Source: Candidatus Undinarchaeales archaeon
Lineage (GTDB): Archaea > Undinarchaeota > Undinarchaeia > Undinarchaeales > JALTGF01
NCBI GenBank assembly: GCA_046483005.1
Contig: JAWOEA010000001.1
Location: forward strand, 1-51,630
Length of the DNA: 51,630 bases
Direction of reading: 5' to 3'
Both the position numbers and the translations under genes were made by a program. The notes under the pieces are model-generated. The model saw nothing but the letters and a program-made list of their open reading frames with translations, ran no database searches and had not been told where the DNA came from. Below, piece by piece: positions 9,229 to 18,428 of this stretch (within the stretch, counting starts at the first letter, position 1; each line of letters opens with the position of its first letter).

Positions 9229-10200
9229 ATGAACATATTTTACCCACTGGAAAAGCTGTCAGAATTAATTGTATATAGTATACTAGGAACTAATCAAGGA
9301 CAGTTTGCAAATTCTTTGAATTTTTTCATATACGACAGCATAAAAATTATAATATTGATATTTTTCATGATATTTTTAATCGGATATATACGAACCTATC
9401 TGCCGAAGCACAAACTCAAAAAATGGCTTACAGGTAAGAAAACAGGCATCGGAAATTTCACAGCTTCTATTTTTGGAGCAGTTACTCCTTTTTGCTCCTG
9501 CTCCTCAATACCAATCTTCATAAGTTTTCTTGAAGCAGGGATTCCCCCTGGCATAGCATTTTCATTTTTGATAACTTCTCCGATAATAAACGAATATTTA
9601 GTAGTGATAATGCTTGGTCTTTTTGGATTTAAAATAACGGCACTATATATTTTAAGCGGAATTGCAATTGGAACCGCCTCTGGAATTATATTGGGGAGAT
9701 TTAAACTAGAAAAGTATCTAGAAAATGACCTTATAGGAAAGAACAATCTTCTGGAAAATAAAAAGAACACTAATTTCAAAAAAAGACTGGAATTTGCATT
9801 TAATGAAGCAAAATCCATTGTCAAAAAGATCTGGCTCTGGGTCCTTGTTGGTGTAGGTATCGGAGCAATTATTCATGGGTACATTCCGCAGGAAGCAGTA
9901 CAAAATCTTATTGAAAAAACAGGAGTATTCATGGTTCCAACCGCAGCCCTTGTCGGAATTCCACTTTATGCAAACTGCGCCGCGGTAGTTCCAGTGGCAT
10001 TAGTTTTATTCCAAAAAGGATTTCCCCTCGGAACAGCCCTGACATTTATGATGTCTACAGCTGCACTAAGTCTGCCGGAAGCAGTTATACTAAGAAGAGC
10101 AATCAAATTAAAATTAATAGCTGCTTTTTTCTTAATAGTTGCTTCTGCAATAATTCTTACCGGATATTTGTTCAATATTCTGCAGGCAGTAATAATTTAG
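9229..10200 (+). CDS. arsP: ArsP (DUF318)-family permease
   Basis: TPFCSCSSIP, FSFLITSP, GIPLY, LSLPE motifs; multi-TM; downstream of arsR. Confidence 0.85.
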   Translation: MNIFYPLEKLSELIVYSILGTNQGQFANSLNFFIYDSIKIIILIFFMIFLIGYIRTYLPKHKLKKWLTGKKTGIGNFTASIFGAVTPFCSCSSIPIFISFLEAGIPPGIAFSFLITSPIINEYLVVIMLGLFGFKITALYILSGIAIGTASGIILGRFKLEKYLENDLIGKNNLLENKKNTNFKKRLEFAFNEAKSIVKKIWLWVLVGVGIGAIIHGYIPQEAVQNLIEKTGVFMVPTAALVGIPLYANCAAVVPVALVLFQKGFPLGTALTFMMSTAALSLPEAVILRRAIKLKLIAAFFLIVASAIILTGYLFNILQAVII

Positions 10201-10222
10201 AGGATTTTAAGTTAAGAAAAAG

Positions 10223-10294
10223 AGCCTCGACCGAGAGTTGAACTCGGGACCTCTTCCTTACCAAGGAAGCGCTCTACCACTGAGCTATCGAGGC
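10223..10294 (-). tRNA. tRNA-Thr (GGT), no intron, CCA not encoded
   Basis: GCCTCGA acceptor stem, TAGCTCAGTGGTAGAGC D-arm, CTTCC-TT-GGT-AA-GGAAG anticodon arm, CCGAG-TTCAACT-CTCGG T-arm. Confidence 0.97.
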
Positions 10295-10340
10295 ATTTAT
10301 TACACTATCAAATTCTTAATATAAATAGATTTACCAGAAA

Positions 10341-10480
10341 TAATAGTTAATAGTTGTCAGTTAATCGTTAATAGTTCGATGCGCAGTTGGCAGCTGCTAT
10401 TTGTCTTTAAAGTATTTTTGAAACACCAACAGCTGCCAACTGAGGGCAACCTACCTACTATTTACTATTAACTATCTACC
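10341..10480. repeat. Inverted heptamer-repeat element with 13-bp perfect inner inverted repeat
   Basis: TAATAGT-type 7-mers x5 (10341-10375); CAGTTGGCAGCTG (10384-10396) / CAGCTGCCAACTG (10430-10442); ACTATTA-type 7-mers x3 (10457-10477). Confidence 0.85.
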
Positions 10481-10482
10481 AG

Positions 10483-11082
10483 TCATTCTATATCTATATC
10501 GCTCGGACCTTCATCGGATTCCTTCTTTTGAAGGATTACTTTTAGGATTCCATTTTCGAACTTTGCTTTACTCTTTTCCTTTTCAACTTCTGAAGGCAGC
10601 CTGATTACATGCCGGTATCCGTTGTATCCGGATCTGAATTCTGAAAAATTTTCTTCCTCTTTTCTTGATTCAGACTTCTTTCTGGCGTCAATTATCAGAT
10701 TTCTTCCTTCGACTTTTGTTTTGATATCCTCTTTATTCATGCCCGGCAGTTCAACTGCAACGAAAATTTTATCCTCCTTTTCCTTTACATTAGCCCTCGG
10801 TCTTCTGAACTTACCTTCCTTCATTTTCAGAACTCTTGGTATTCCGGGACCGAAGCTTGACTTAAACATATTTCCAAACATCTTGTCCATCTGCCGGCTG
10901 AATATTTCCATCTGTTCAAACGGATCGAAATATTCCGGTTCAGAGCTTGATTCTTCTCTTTTTAATTGTTTGGACTTTTCATTGGATTTGGATTTCCCTG
11001 AATTTTCGGCGTTCTCTAAATAGCCTTTAGTATACTTTCTCCACCAATTATCTTCCTTTTCTTTTTTGGATTTTTTTGCCAT
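10483..11082 (-). CDS. Small heat-shock protein Hsp20 (alpha-crystallin)
   Basis: VELPGMNKEDI, IRLPSEV, AKFENGILKV; GGAGGTG upstream. Confidence 0.92.
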   Translation of the reverse strand: MAKKSKKEKEDNWWRKYTKGYLENAENSGKSKSNEKSKQLKREESSSEPEYFDPFEQMEIFSRQMDKMFGNMFKSSFGPGIPRVLKMKEGKFRRPRANVKEKEDKIFVAVELPGMNKEDIKTKVEGRNLIIDARKKSESRKEEENFSEFRSGYNGYRHVIRLPSEVEKEKSKAKFENGILKVILQKKESDEGPSDIDIE

Positions 11083-11160
11083 TTAAAACACCTCCATTAA
11101 TAAATAGTTAAGAAGTATTTAAAAGTGTTTTCACTTATAAAACAGGCAGGCTAAGCATAA

Positions 11161-13194
11161 TTAATCTTCTTTTTCTTTGATTAATTCATAAAGTTTTAGC
11201 CATGCTGTAAGTTTTTTTCTTTCTTTTGATTTCAGATGGATTTTGATTTTTCCGGAATCGGAATGGCTCCATATATCTAAGCCCAAATCTCTGAGAGAAG
11301 GATAAACATGTTTTGTCTGATGAGTAGTAGGTCTCTCCCAAGTATGCCCTTCGGAAAGCCACTCTGCTTCCTGTTTTCCCTGCTCTAAATCATTTTCTCC
11401 GAGTACCCAAAAAAGTGTCCTCATCCTTTCGAGAATTATTTCATTACTGAATGTTTTTCTGCTGAGTTTTTCTTTTAATTGATTTATTTCATCAGGGCCT
11501 TTCTTCTTTTTCTGCCTTGAAATTTTTCTTTTTAAAGAACGGTATTTTCCTTTTTCAAGCAGAGAAAAATATTTTTCAAGTTTTTTCTTTTTAATTTCAG
11601 ATGAATTTTCAACAAGCAGAAAAGTATAATTGAAAAGTGCATCAATTTCATCGAATTTTTCCTTTTCAAGAAGTTCTTTGACTCTCTTAGAAAGATTAAG
11701 ATCTTTAATGTGCTTAGCAAGTGTTCTCTTTTTCTTTGAAATATTTACCTTTTGAGGCAGGTGCTTTCCTCTCCGGATTATATCTCCTATCTTAGAAAGT
11801 TTATCATTAATTTCATCAAGTTTTTCTTCTGCTTTTTCGAGATTTTTCTTATTCAACTCCCATTCTTCCTCTCCGCTTAATTTCTCAAGTATTTTATTTA
11901 ATTCATTATCACAGTCAGAAACCAACTTGAATTTACCGCTGTACTTTTTACATAAGGCAATACTTTTTTCAGCCTGATTTGCAAGTTTATCTCTTCTGAG
12001 AATAAGTTTTTCCATTTCAGTCTTTTTACTTGCAAGCTCTTTTTCAATAAAGCCAAGTGTTGTTTTTTTAACCTTTTTTGGATCTCTGCTTTCCGGAATT
12101 AGATCTAAAAGACCTTTGAGTTCATAGTCAAACTGATAAATATTATTGGCGTGTAATTTCCTCATAAGTTCCTCTGTCCGGTTTCTAAGCTGAATTAGTT
12201 TTGTTTTTTTATTCTTAAGTTTAGAAACCTGAACAATCAATTTAGAAAGAATATGTTTTAATTCTCCTTCGGCATCTTCACTTAAAATTTCCTTTTCACT
12301 AAACTTAGGTTCAACACCGAGTTCCCTTAAAACAGAAATCAATTCATTTGCTTCATCTTTTAAATCCTCAATTCTTTTCTGTTTTTTTGTCTGTTTTTTC
12401 TTGTTGAATTTCTTTCTTTGTTCCTTTTTCCTTAAAACTCTTTCAAGACTCTCTTCAAGCTCACTTATTTCATCATCATACTCTTCAACTATGTTTGGCA
12501 GAGCTTCTTCAATATAATCCAACTTATCAGAAACTTCTTCCTGTATCTTTTCAACTACTTGAACCAATCTCTCCTTTTCCTTAAAATGTTTTACTACCGT
12601 TTTATAATTCTCTTCATTGGGTTTTTTATCCAAAAAAACAAAACCAGTATCTTTAAATACAGACATAAACTCTTTAGAATTTCCTAAATATTTATCAATA
12701 TCTCTCTCTTCAAAAAGAAATTTTGAAGCGGATTTAAAAACAGCCCCTTCATCACTAAAAGCACCGGCAACTTTACTTATCCCATCAGTAACCTCTCTGG
12801 GAGTGATATACATTTCTCCTTCCTGAAGGCAGAAATTAACATTGAATTCCTCCCATAATTTCTTATTTAAAAAAGCAGCCCAGTGTTTTAATTGCAGTTC
12901 AGAACTCCGAAGTTTTAATCCTTTCTTCTTATAAAGTACCGAATTCGCGAGCACGGAAGCACCTGAATTTAGCTCATCGTGTATATCTAAAAGCATATCA
13001 AATGCCATAAACGTTAGTATTAAAGAACGAGCATATTGGAGAACATAATTTGACTTGAATTTTCCTGCCTTTTTCATTGGACCTAATGCTTCAAGTCCAT
13101 CAGTAAGATATGATTTTTCTTCTTTAAGCTCATTTAATTCTTTTCTAATTTCGCTTTCCTTTTCTTTGAGAGTCTTCAAAGTTCTTAATGCCAT
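11161..13194 (-). CDS. Large Lys/Glu-rich coiled-coil hypothetical protein
   Basis: 677-aa ORF with heptad-rich segments and no recognisable NTPase motif. Confidence 0.65.
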   Translation of the reverse strand: MALRTLKTLKEKESEIRKELNELKEEKSYLTDGLEALGPMKKAGKFKSNYVLQYARSLILTFMAFDMLLDIHDELNSGASVLANSVLYKKKGLKLRSSELQLKHWAAFLNKKLWEEFNVNFCLQEGEMYITPREVTDGISKVAGAFSDEGAVFKSASKFLFEERDIDKYLGNSKEFMSVFKDTGFVFLDKKPNEENYKTVVKHFKEKERLVQVVEKIQEEVSDKLDYIEEALPNIVEEYDDEISELEESLERVLRKKEQRKKFNKKKQTKKQKRIEDLKDEANELISVLRELGVEPKFSEKEILSEDAEGELKHILSKLIVQVSKLKNKKTKLIQLRNRTEELMRKLHANNIYQFDYELKGLLDLIPESRDPKKVKKTTLGFIEKELASKKTEMEKLILRRDKLANQAEKSIALCKKYSGKFKLVSDCDNELNKILEKLSGEEEWELNKKNLEKAEEKLDEINDKLSKIGDIIRRGKHLPQKVNISKKKRTLAKHIKDLNLSKRVKELLEKEKFDEIDALFNYTFLLVENSSEIKKKKLEKYFSLLEKGKYRSLKRKISRQKKKKGPDEINQLKEKLSRKTFSNEIILERMRTLFWVLGENDLEQGKQEAEWLSEGHTWERPTTHQTKHVYPSLRDLGLDIWSHSDSGKIKIHLKSKERKKLTAWLKLYELIKEKED

Positions 13195-13279
13195 GCAGAT
13201 ATACTGAATTTAATATAATAAAAACTTGTTGATAGAGAAATCTAAAAATTAATAACCAGCAAAGTACAATCTAAAGATA

Positions 13280-13696
13280 ATGAGATACAAAAAACAAAAA
13301 GGTTCAAACGCTGAAAGAGAACTGGTAGAAAAGTTCTGGGAGAAAGGATTTGCCGCAATAAGAGTCGCCGGCTCCGGCGTTTCAAAATTCCCGTGTCCGG
13401 ATGTTCTCGCATCAGACGGCAGTTTAAGTTTTGCAGTTGAATCAAAATCATATTCAGGAAATTATATTCATCTTAAAAGAGGCCAGATACTCCAGCTTCT
13501 TGAATTTTCTCAAAAGTTCGGAGCTGTTCCAGTAGTTGGCATAAGATTTGCAAAAAACGACTGGTACTTTTTTGATATGATTAAAATTCAGTCAACAAAA
13601 GGAGAAAACTTCAAAGTTACCAGAAAAATTGCTTCAGAAGACGGAAAAGGTTTTGAAGAACTTATTGAAAACTACAGAAAAGCGCAGGAAAGTTAG
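13280..13696 (+). CDS. hjc: Archaeal Holliday junction resolvase Hjc
   Basis: KGSNAEREL, GFAAIRVAGSG, PDVLA, VESK (PD-(D/E)xK). Confidence 0.93.
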   Translation: MRYKKQKGSNAERELVEKFWEKGFAAIRVAGSGVSKFPCPDVLASDGSLSFAVESKSYSGNYIHLKRGQILQLLEFSQKFGAVPVVGIRFAKNDWYFFDMIKIQSTKGENFKVTRKIASEDGKGFEELIENYRKAQES

Positions 13697-13775
13697 GTTT
13701 TTAATTTTAAATTTAAGATTTTTAATTTTAAAATAATTGAAAACTAATTTAAATGAATAAATAATAGAGAAGCAT

Positions 13776-14732
13776 ATGAATTTAAAAATAAACAAACATC
13801 TTTTTTCTGCATTTATTCTAACTGTTGTAATTTTAACAAGCGGATGCACCATGATTGAAGAGTTTTCAGATGAAAATATTGATGTTGAAGAAATAAAACT
13901 TGAAAAGGTCATGATTTATAAAGTTTCAAATTACACTGGCAGTCTTGAATTAAGCGGGCTGACTCAGGAATATGAAATGTTTATTCCCTACTCAGACAGA
14001 TATCAGAAAGTTGAAATGCCGGAAGGAATTGAAACTAAAAGAGATGAATATGGAAACTATCTGACTACAGCAAAAGAAAGCTATAATCTGACTTTTGAAT
14101 TTGAAGTAGGCTCAACTAGAAATGATTTTGAAGACCACGAATATCCTTTTGAGGTTCCTTCTGAACACGAGAACTACCTTGAAAAAACGAAAAAAGTCGA
14201 TCCAGGTAATTCTCAAATCAAACAGATTTCAGCCGAACTTACAGAAAATGTAAGCAGTTCATTTGAAGCGGTTGAAAGCATGAACAACTGGACAAATGAA
14301 TATCTTACATATGAGATATTAGGAAAAAGAGATTTGAATACTGAACAAATTTTGGAGCAGAAGGTCGGATCCTGCGAGGAGCATACCTGGCTTTACACTG
14401 CCTTAGCAAGGTCCGCAGGAATTCCAACAAGAGTAGTTGCAGGATGGGTTGAGCGAAATGGAAAAGTTGAAGCTCATATGTGGGCGGAAAGCTGGATTCC
14501 GGAAAATGGATGGATATATGTGGAGCCTTCAAATAAGGAATTTAGAACAATTGGAGTGGCTCATCTAAAGCAGTATGTTGGTCCGGACAAACTCAGCGAA
14601 ATATATTATGGAGATATGCCCCAGAGAACTTTCAGACTTAATTTTGATATAGATGAATACAACTGCATGATTAAAAATGGAAAAGAAGAATGCAGTCTGA
14701 AGTCGGAAAACCAAGTATCCGACACCCTTTGA
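13776..14732 (+). CDS. Transglutaminase-like domain lipoprotein
   Basis: LTSGC lipobox-like signal; GSCEEH, RSAGIPTRVVAG, AHMWAE, GWIYVEP. Confidence 0.85.
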   Translation: MNLKINKHLFSAFILTVVILTSGCTMIEEFSDENIDVEEIKLEKVMIYKVSNYTGSLELSGLTQEYEMFIPYSDRYQKVEMPEGIETKRDEYGNYLTTAKESYNLTFEFEVGSTRNDFEDHEYPFEVPSEHENYLEKTKKVDPGNSQIKQISAELTENVSSSFEAVESMNNWTNEYLTYEILGKRDLNTEQILEQKVGSCEEHTWLYTALARSAGIPTRVVAGWVERNGKVEAHMWAESWIPENGWIYVEPSNKEFRTIGVAHLKQYVGPDKLSEIYYGDMPQRTFRLNFDIDEYNCMIKNGKEECSLKSENQVSDTL

Positions 14733-14792
14733 ACTGAATTTCTCTAAAACTATTTAAAGACAGAAGGCTATCTAAATTTTAGAGGTGGATAA

Positions 14793-15041
14793 ATGTTTGA
14801 TGCAGAAGTAAGAATCGAGCTGAAGCCCGGTATTCTTGATGCAGAGGGGAAAACTGTAAAGCACTCTCTGGAACTCCTTGGTTTTGACAGCGTCCAAAAT
14901 GTTGAAAGTATCAAAGTTTTTAAAATCAGTATTAACGCAGATTCAAAAGAAAAAGCAAAAGAAAAAATAGACGACATGTGCCAGAAACTGCTCGCCAATC
15001 CTGTAGTAAATAATTACAATATTTCAATTCAGGGGAAATAA
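14793..15041 (+). CDS. purS: FGAM synthase subunit PurS
   Basis: LKPGILDAEG, KLLANPV; first gene of the pur operon; GAGGTG RBS. Confidence 0.95.
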   Translation: MFDAEVRIELKPGILDAEGKTVKHSLELLGFDSVQNVESIKVFKISINADSKEKAKEKIDDMCQKLLANPVVNNYNISIQGK

Positions 15042-15046
15042 TTTTA

Positions 15047-17377
15047 ATGAAGTACAAGAACCTTGACAAAGATTACGAGTTAATTGAAGTAAACATCTTG
15101 GAAGCTGACGACGAAACTTTAAAAGAAATCAGCAAAGAGAGGCAGCTTTCTCTCAGCCTGGATGAGATGCATAAAGCGAAGGAATACTTTAAGAAAGAAA
15201 ACAGAAATCCGACAGACATTGAACTTGAAACAATCGCCCAGAGCTGGTCGGAGCACTGCTCCTACAAAAGTTCTTTTCCCGTTTTAAGAAAAACTATATT
15301 CAAAGTAAAAGCTCCCCAGAATATCTGCGTCTTTTCGGAAGATGCTGCAGTCATTGATTTTGATGACGAACATGCTTATGTTTCAAAAATTGAAAGTCAC
15401 AATCATCCAAGTGCTCTGGACCCGTATGGAGGCTCTGCAACCGGAATTGGAGGCATATTGAGAGATATAACCTGCATGGGCGCCCAGCCGATTGCTTTGA
15501 TTGATCCTTTATTTTTCGGCCCCCTTGATTATGATTATAAAGACCTCCCGGAAGGAACCAAGCATCCAAATTATTTATTTAAAGGAGTAGTCAAAGGAAT
15601 TGCAGACTACGGAAACAGAGTTGGAATTCCAACAACTACCGGAATGATTAATTTTGACGAATCTTATGTCGGAAATTGTTTAGTCAATGTAGGATGTATT
15701 GGAATTATGAAAAAGGATGAATTAGTTCACAGCAGAGTTGGAAAAGAGGGAGATTTATTTGTTCTTGCCGGAGGAAAAACTGGAAGAGACGGCATTCATG
15801 GAGTTACATTTGCAAGCGTTGAACTTGGAAAGGAAAGCGAAAAGAAAAGCAGTCCTGCAGTTCAATTAGGAGACCCGATAACTAAAGAGCCTTTAATACA
15901 CGCCTGTTTAGAAGCAAACCGAAAAAAACTTCTTACTGGATTAAAGGATTTAGGAGGAGGCGGTCTCAGCTGCGCAGTCGGAGAAATGGCTCATTCTGCT
16001 GGTTTTGGAGCAGAGATTGATCTTGATAAAGTTCCTGTAAAAGAAAAAGGAATGGCACCCTGGGAAATCTGGGTTTCGGAAAGCCAGGAAAGGATGATGC
16101 TTTCAGTAGATCCTGAAAATCTTGATAACGTTCTTGAAATTCTTGACTTCTGGGACGTTGAATCCGCAGTTGTTGGAAAAGTTGTTTCAGGTGATAAGGT
16201 AGAAGTCAGATACAATGGAGAGCAGATTTACAACATGGATATTGAATTCATTAACGGCGGAGTTGACTGCGTAAGACCGGCGGAAGACTTTGAATCATAT
16301 GAAGGGCCCGAAGAAGAAGTTCCGGAACCTTCAGACTACAATTCAGCGCTTCTAAAAGTTATTGGTTCTTATAACATTGCAAGTAAGGAGTTTGCAATCA
16401 GACAATATGACCACACAATCAGAGGAAATACAGCCCTGACTCCGATGCAGGGGAAATTTGAAACTCCCGGACCAGGAGATGCTTCAATAATTAAGCCGGT
16501 TGAAAAAAGTAGAAAAGGTCTGGCTCTTTCAACGGATGTTAATTCAAAAATGACTAAGATTGATCCTTATTGGGGCGCAGCTTCCGGAGTAGAAGAAAGT
16601 TTCAGGAATCTTATTTCAGTGGGAGCGAAACCACATTCAATGGTTGATTGTTTAAACTTTGGAAATCCTGAAAAACCGGAAATTATGGGGCAGTTTAAAG
16701 CTGCCTGTGAAGGAATGTATTTCATTGCAGACAAAATGCAGGTTCCTTTTGTTTCAGGAAATGTTTCATTTTACAATGAGAGCCATTTCGGAGCAATCAA
16801 ACCTACTCCTACAGTCCTATGCTGCGGATTAATTGAGGATGTTGAAAAAGCAGTCAGCATGGATGTAAAGGGAGCCGGAAACGAGCTCTACCTGATTGGA
16901 GAAACTAATGTTGAATTAGGAGGCTCAGAATATTTCAGAGAAGTTCATGAAAAAGAAGGAAAAGTAGTTCCGAGAGTTGAACCGGAAAAGTTCAAGAAAA
17001 AGGCGGAAGCCATACTGAAAGCAATGGATGAAGGATTAATTGAGAGCTGCCACGACTGCTCAGAAGGTGGACTTTCAGCAGCTTTGTCTGAAATGTTAAT
17101 GTCCGGCGGATTTGGAGCTGAAATTTCAATTGAAAACCTTTCGGGAGATGTTGAAAGACCCGACCATAAACTTTTTTCAGAGTCAAACGGCAGATGGATA
17201 ATTGAAATGAAGCCTGAAACAGTTCGGAACAGTCTGGAACGTTTTGAAAACGTTGAAATTACAAAACTTGGTAAGACAACTGAAGATAAAAAATTGAAAA
17301 TTGATGATTTGATTGAACTTGATTTAGATGAAATTTACAAAAGCTGGAAAGAGCCAATTTATTCGGAGGCGGACTAA
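15047..17377 (+). CDS. purL: FGAM synthase subunit PurL
   Basis: WSEHCSYKSS, ESHNHPS, TGRDGIHG, DLGGGG, SESQERM, LNFGNP, SGNVSFYN. Confidence 0.97.
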   Translation: MKYKNLDKDYELIEVNILEADDETLKEISKERQLSLSLDEMHKAKEYFKKENRNPTDIELETIAQSWSEHCSYKSSFPVLRKTIFKVKAPQNICVFSEDAAVIDFDDEHAYVSKIESHNHPSALDPYGGSATGIGGILRDITCMGAQPIALIDPLFFGPLDYDYKDLPEGTKHPNYLFKGVVKGIADYGNRVGIPTTTGMINFDESYVGNCLVNVGCIGIMKKDELVHSRVGKEGDLFVLAGGKTGRDGIHGVTFASVELGKESEKKSSPAVQLGDPITKEPLIHACLEANRKKLLTGLKDLGGGGLSCAVGEMAHSAGFGAEIDLDKVPVKEKGMAPWEIWVSESQERMMLSVDPENLDNVLEILDFWDVESAVVGKVVSGDKVEVRYNGEQIYNMDIEFINGGVDCVRPAEDFESYEGPEEEVPEPSDYNSALLKVIGSYNIASKEFAIRQYDHTIRGNTALTPMQGKFETPGPGDASIIKPVEKSRKGLALSTDVNSKMTKIDPYWGAASGVEESFRNLISVGAKPHSMVDCLNFGNPEKPEIMGQFKAACEGMYFIADKMQVPFVSGNVSFYNESHFGAIKPTPTVLCCGLIEDVEKAVSMDVKGAGNELYLIGETNVELGGSEYFREVHEKEGKVVPRVEPEKFKKKAEAILKAMDEGLIESCHDCSEGGLSAALSEMLMSGGFGAEISIENLSGDVERPDHKLFSESNGRWIIEMKPETVRNSLERFENVEITKLGKTTEDKKLKIDDLIELDLDEIYKSWKEPIYSEAD

Positions 17378-18180
17378 TGAAACCAAAAGTATGCATTACT
17401 CTGATTGAAGGAACAAACTGCGAAGACGAAACAGAGAGAGCTTTCAGAATGGCGGGAGCTGAAGCGGAAAAAGTTCATTTAAAACAATTAACTGGAAACT
17501 GCTCAAAAGAAAGGGAAAGAAAGCTTTCGGATTATGATGCATTGGTTTTTCCGGGAGGGTTTTCTGCCGGCGACTATGTAAGAGCAGGAGCAATCTGGAC
17601 CGCGAGAATTCAGAGTAAACTGAAAAAGGAGCTTGAAAATTTTGTAAAAGAAGGAAAAGTTGTAGGAGGAATCTGCAACGGTTTTCAGGTTTTAACAAAT
17701 TTAGGCCTTCTTCCCGGGACAGTTGAAACTGCTTTAACCACAAATGAAAGCGCTAAGTTTGAATCCAGATTTGTCTACTTGAAAAATTTGAGAAAATGTT
17801 CTTTTACTTATAATTTAGATGTCGGAGAAGTCAGATGCTTTCCAGTAGGACATGCAGAAGGCAGACTTACATTCAAACCAGGGAAAGAAAAAGAATCTTT
17901 GAAAACTCTTGAAGACAATAATCAAATTATGTTTAAGTATGTAAAACCGGACGGCAGTCCAGCAGACTTAAAATATCCGGAGAATCCAAACGGCTCAGTT
18001 GAAGACATTGCAGGAGTCTGCAATTTAGAGGGAAATGTTTTCGGGCTGATGCCCCATCCAGAAAGAATCCTGAATCCTTTTAATCATTATTCATGGACCC
18101 GGGAAAAGAATTTAAAGAATGAAGGAGAAGGATTAGCTGTGTTTAAGTCATTAGTTGACTATATCAAGAAGGAGGTTTAA
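17377..18180 (+). CDS. purQ: FGAM synthase glutaminase subunit PurQ
   Basis: GTNC, PGGFSAGD, GICNGFQ, HAEG, MPHPER. Confidence 0.97.
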   Translation: MKPKVCITLIEGTNCEDETERAFRMAGAEAEKVHLKQLTGNCSKERERKLSDYDALVFPGGFSAGDYVRAGAIWTARIQSKLKKELENFVKEGKVVGGICNGFQVLTNLGLLPGTVETALTTNESAKFESRFVYLKNLRKCSFTYNLDVGEVRCFPVGHAEGRLTFKPGKEKESLKTLEDNNQIMFKYVKPDGSPADLKYPENPNGSVEDIAGVCNLEGNVFGLMPHPERILNPFNHYSWTREKNLKNEGEGLAVFKSLVDYIKKEV

Positions 18181-18181
18181 A

Positions 18182-18427
18182 ATGGGGGACGACAAGTACA
18201 TTACAAGAGAAGAATTTGAAGAGCTTACTAAGAAGTATGTAACAAAAGGCGAGTTTGATGAATTCTCTAAAATAATAACTGAAGTTATTGATTCAATCGA
18301 TTCTGTTTTTGGAGAGATAACCTCTATGGTAAAAAGACCTTCCCAAAGATTCGGAGAAAAAAGGAACCATATCAGAGATTCTCTGAAAAACCTAAGAAAA
18401 CTATACAAAAAACATAGAAAAAAATAA
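18182..18427 (+). CDS. Small coiled-coil hypothetical protein inside the pur operon
   Basis: ATG at 18182 with GGAGGT upstream; 1-nt gaps to purQ and purF; KYITREEFEELTK/KYVTKGEFDEFSK repeat. Confidence 0.7.
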   Translation: MGDDKYITREEFEELTKKYVTKGEFDEFSKIITEVIDSIDSVFGEITSMVKRPSQRFGEKRNHIRDSLKNLRKLYKKHRKK

Positions 18428-18428
18428 A

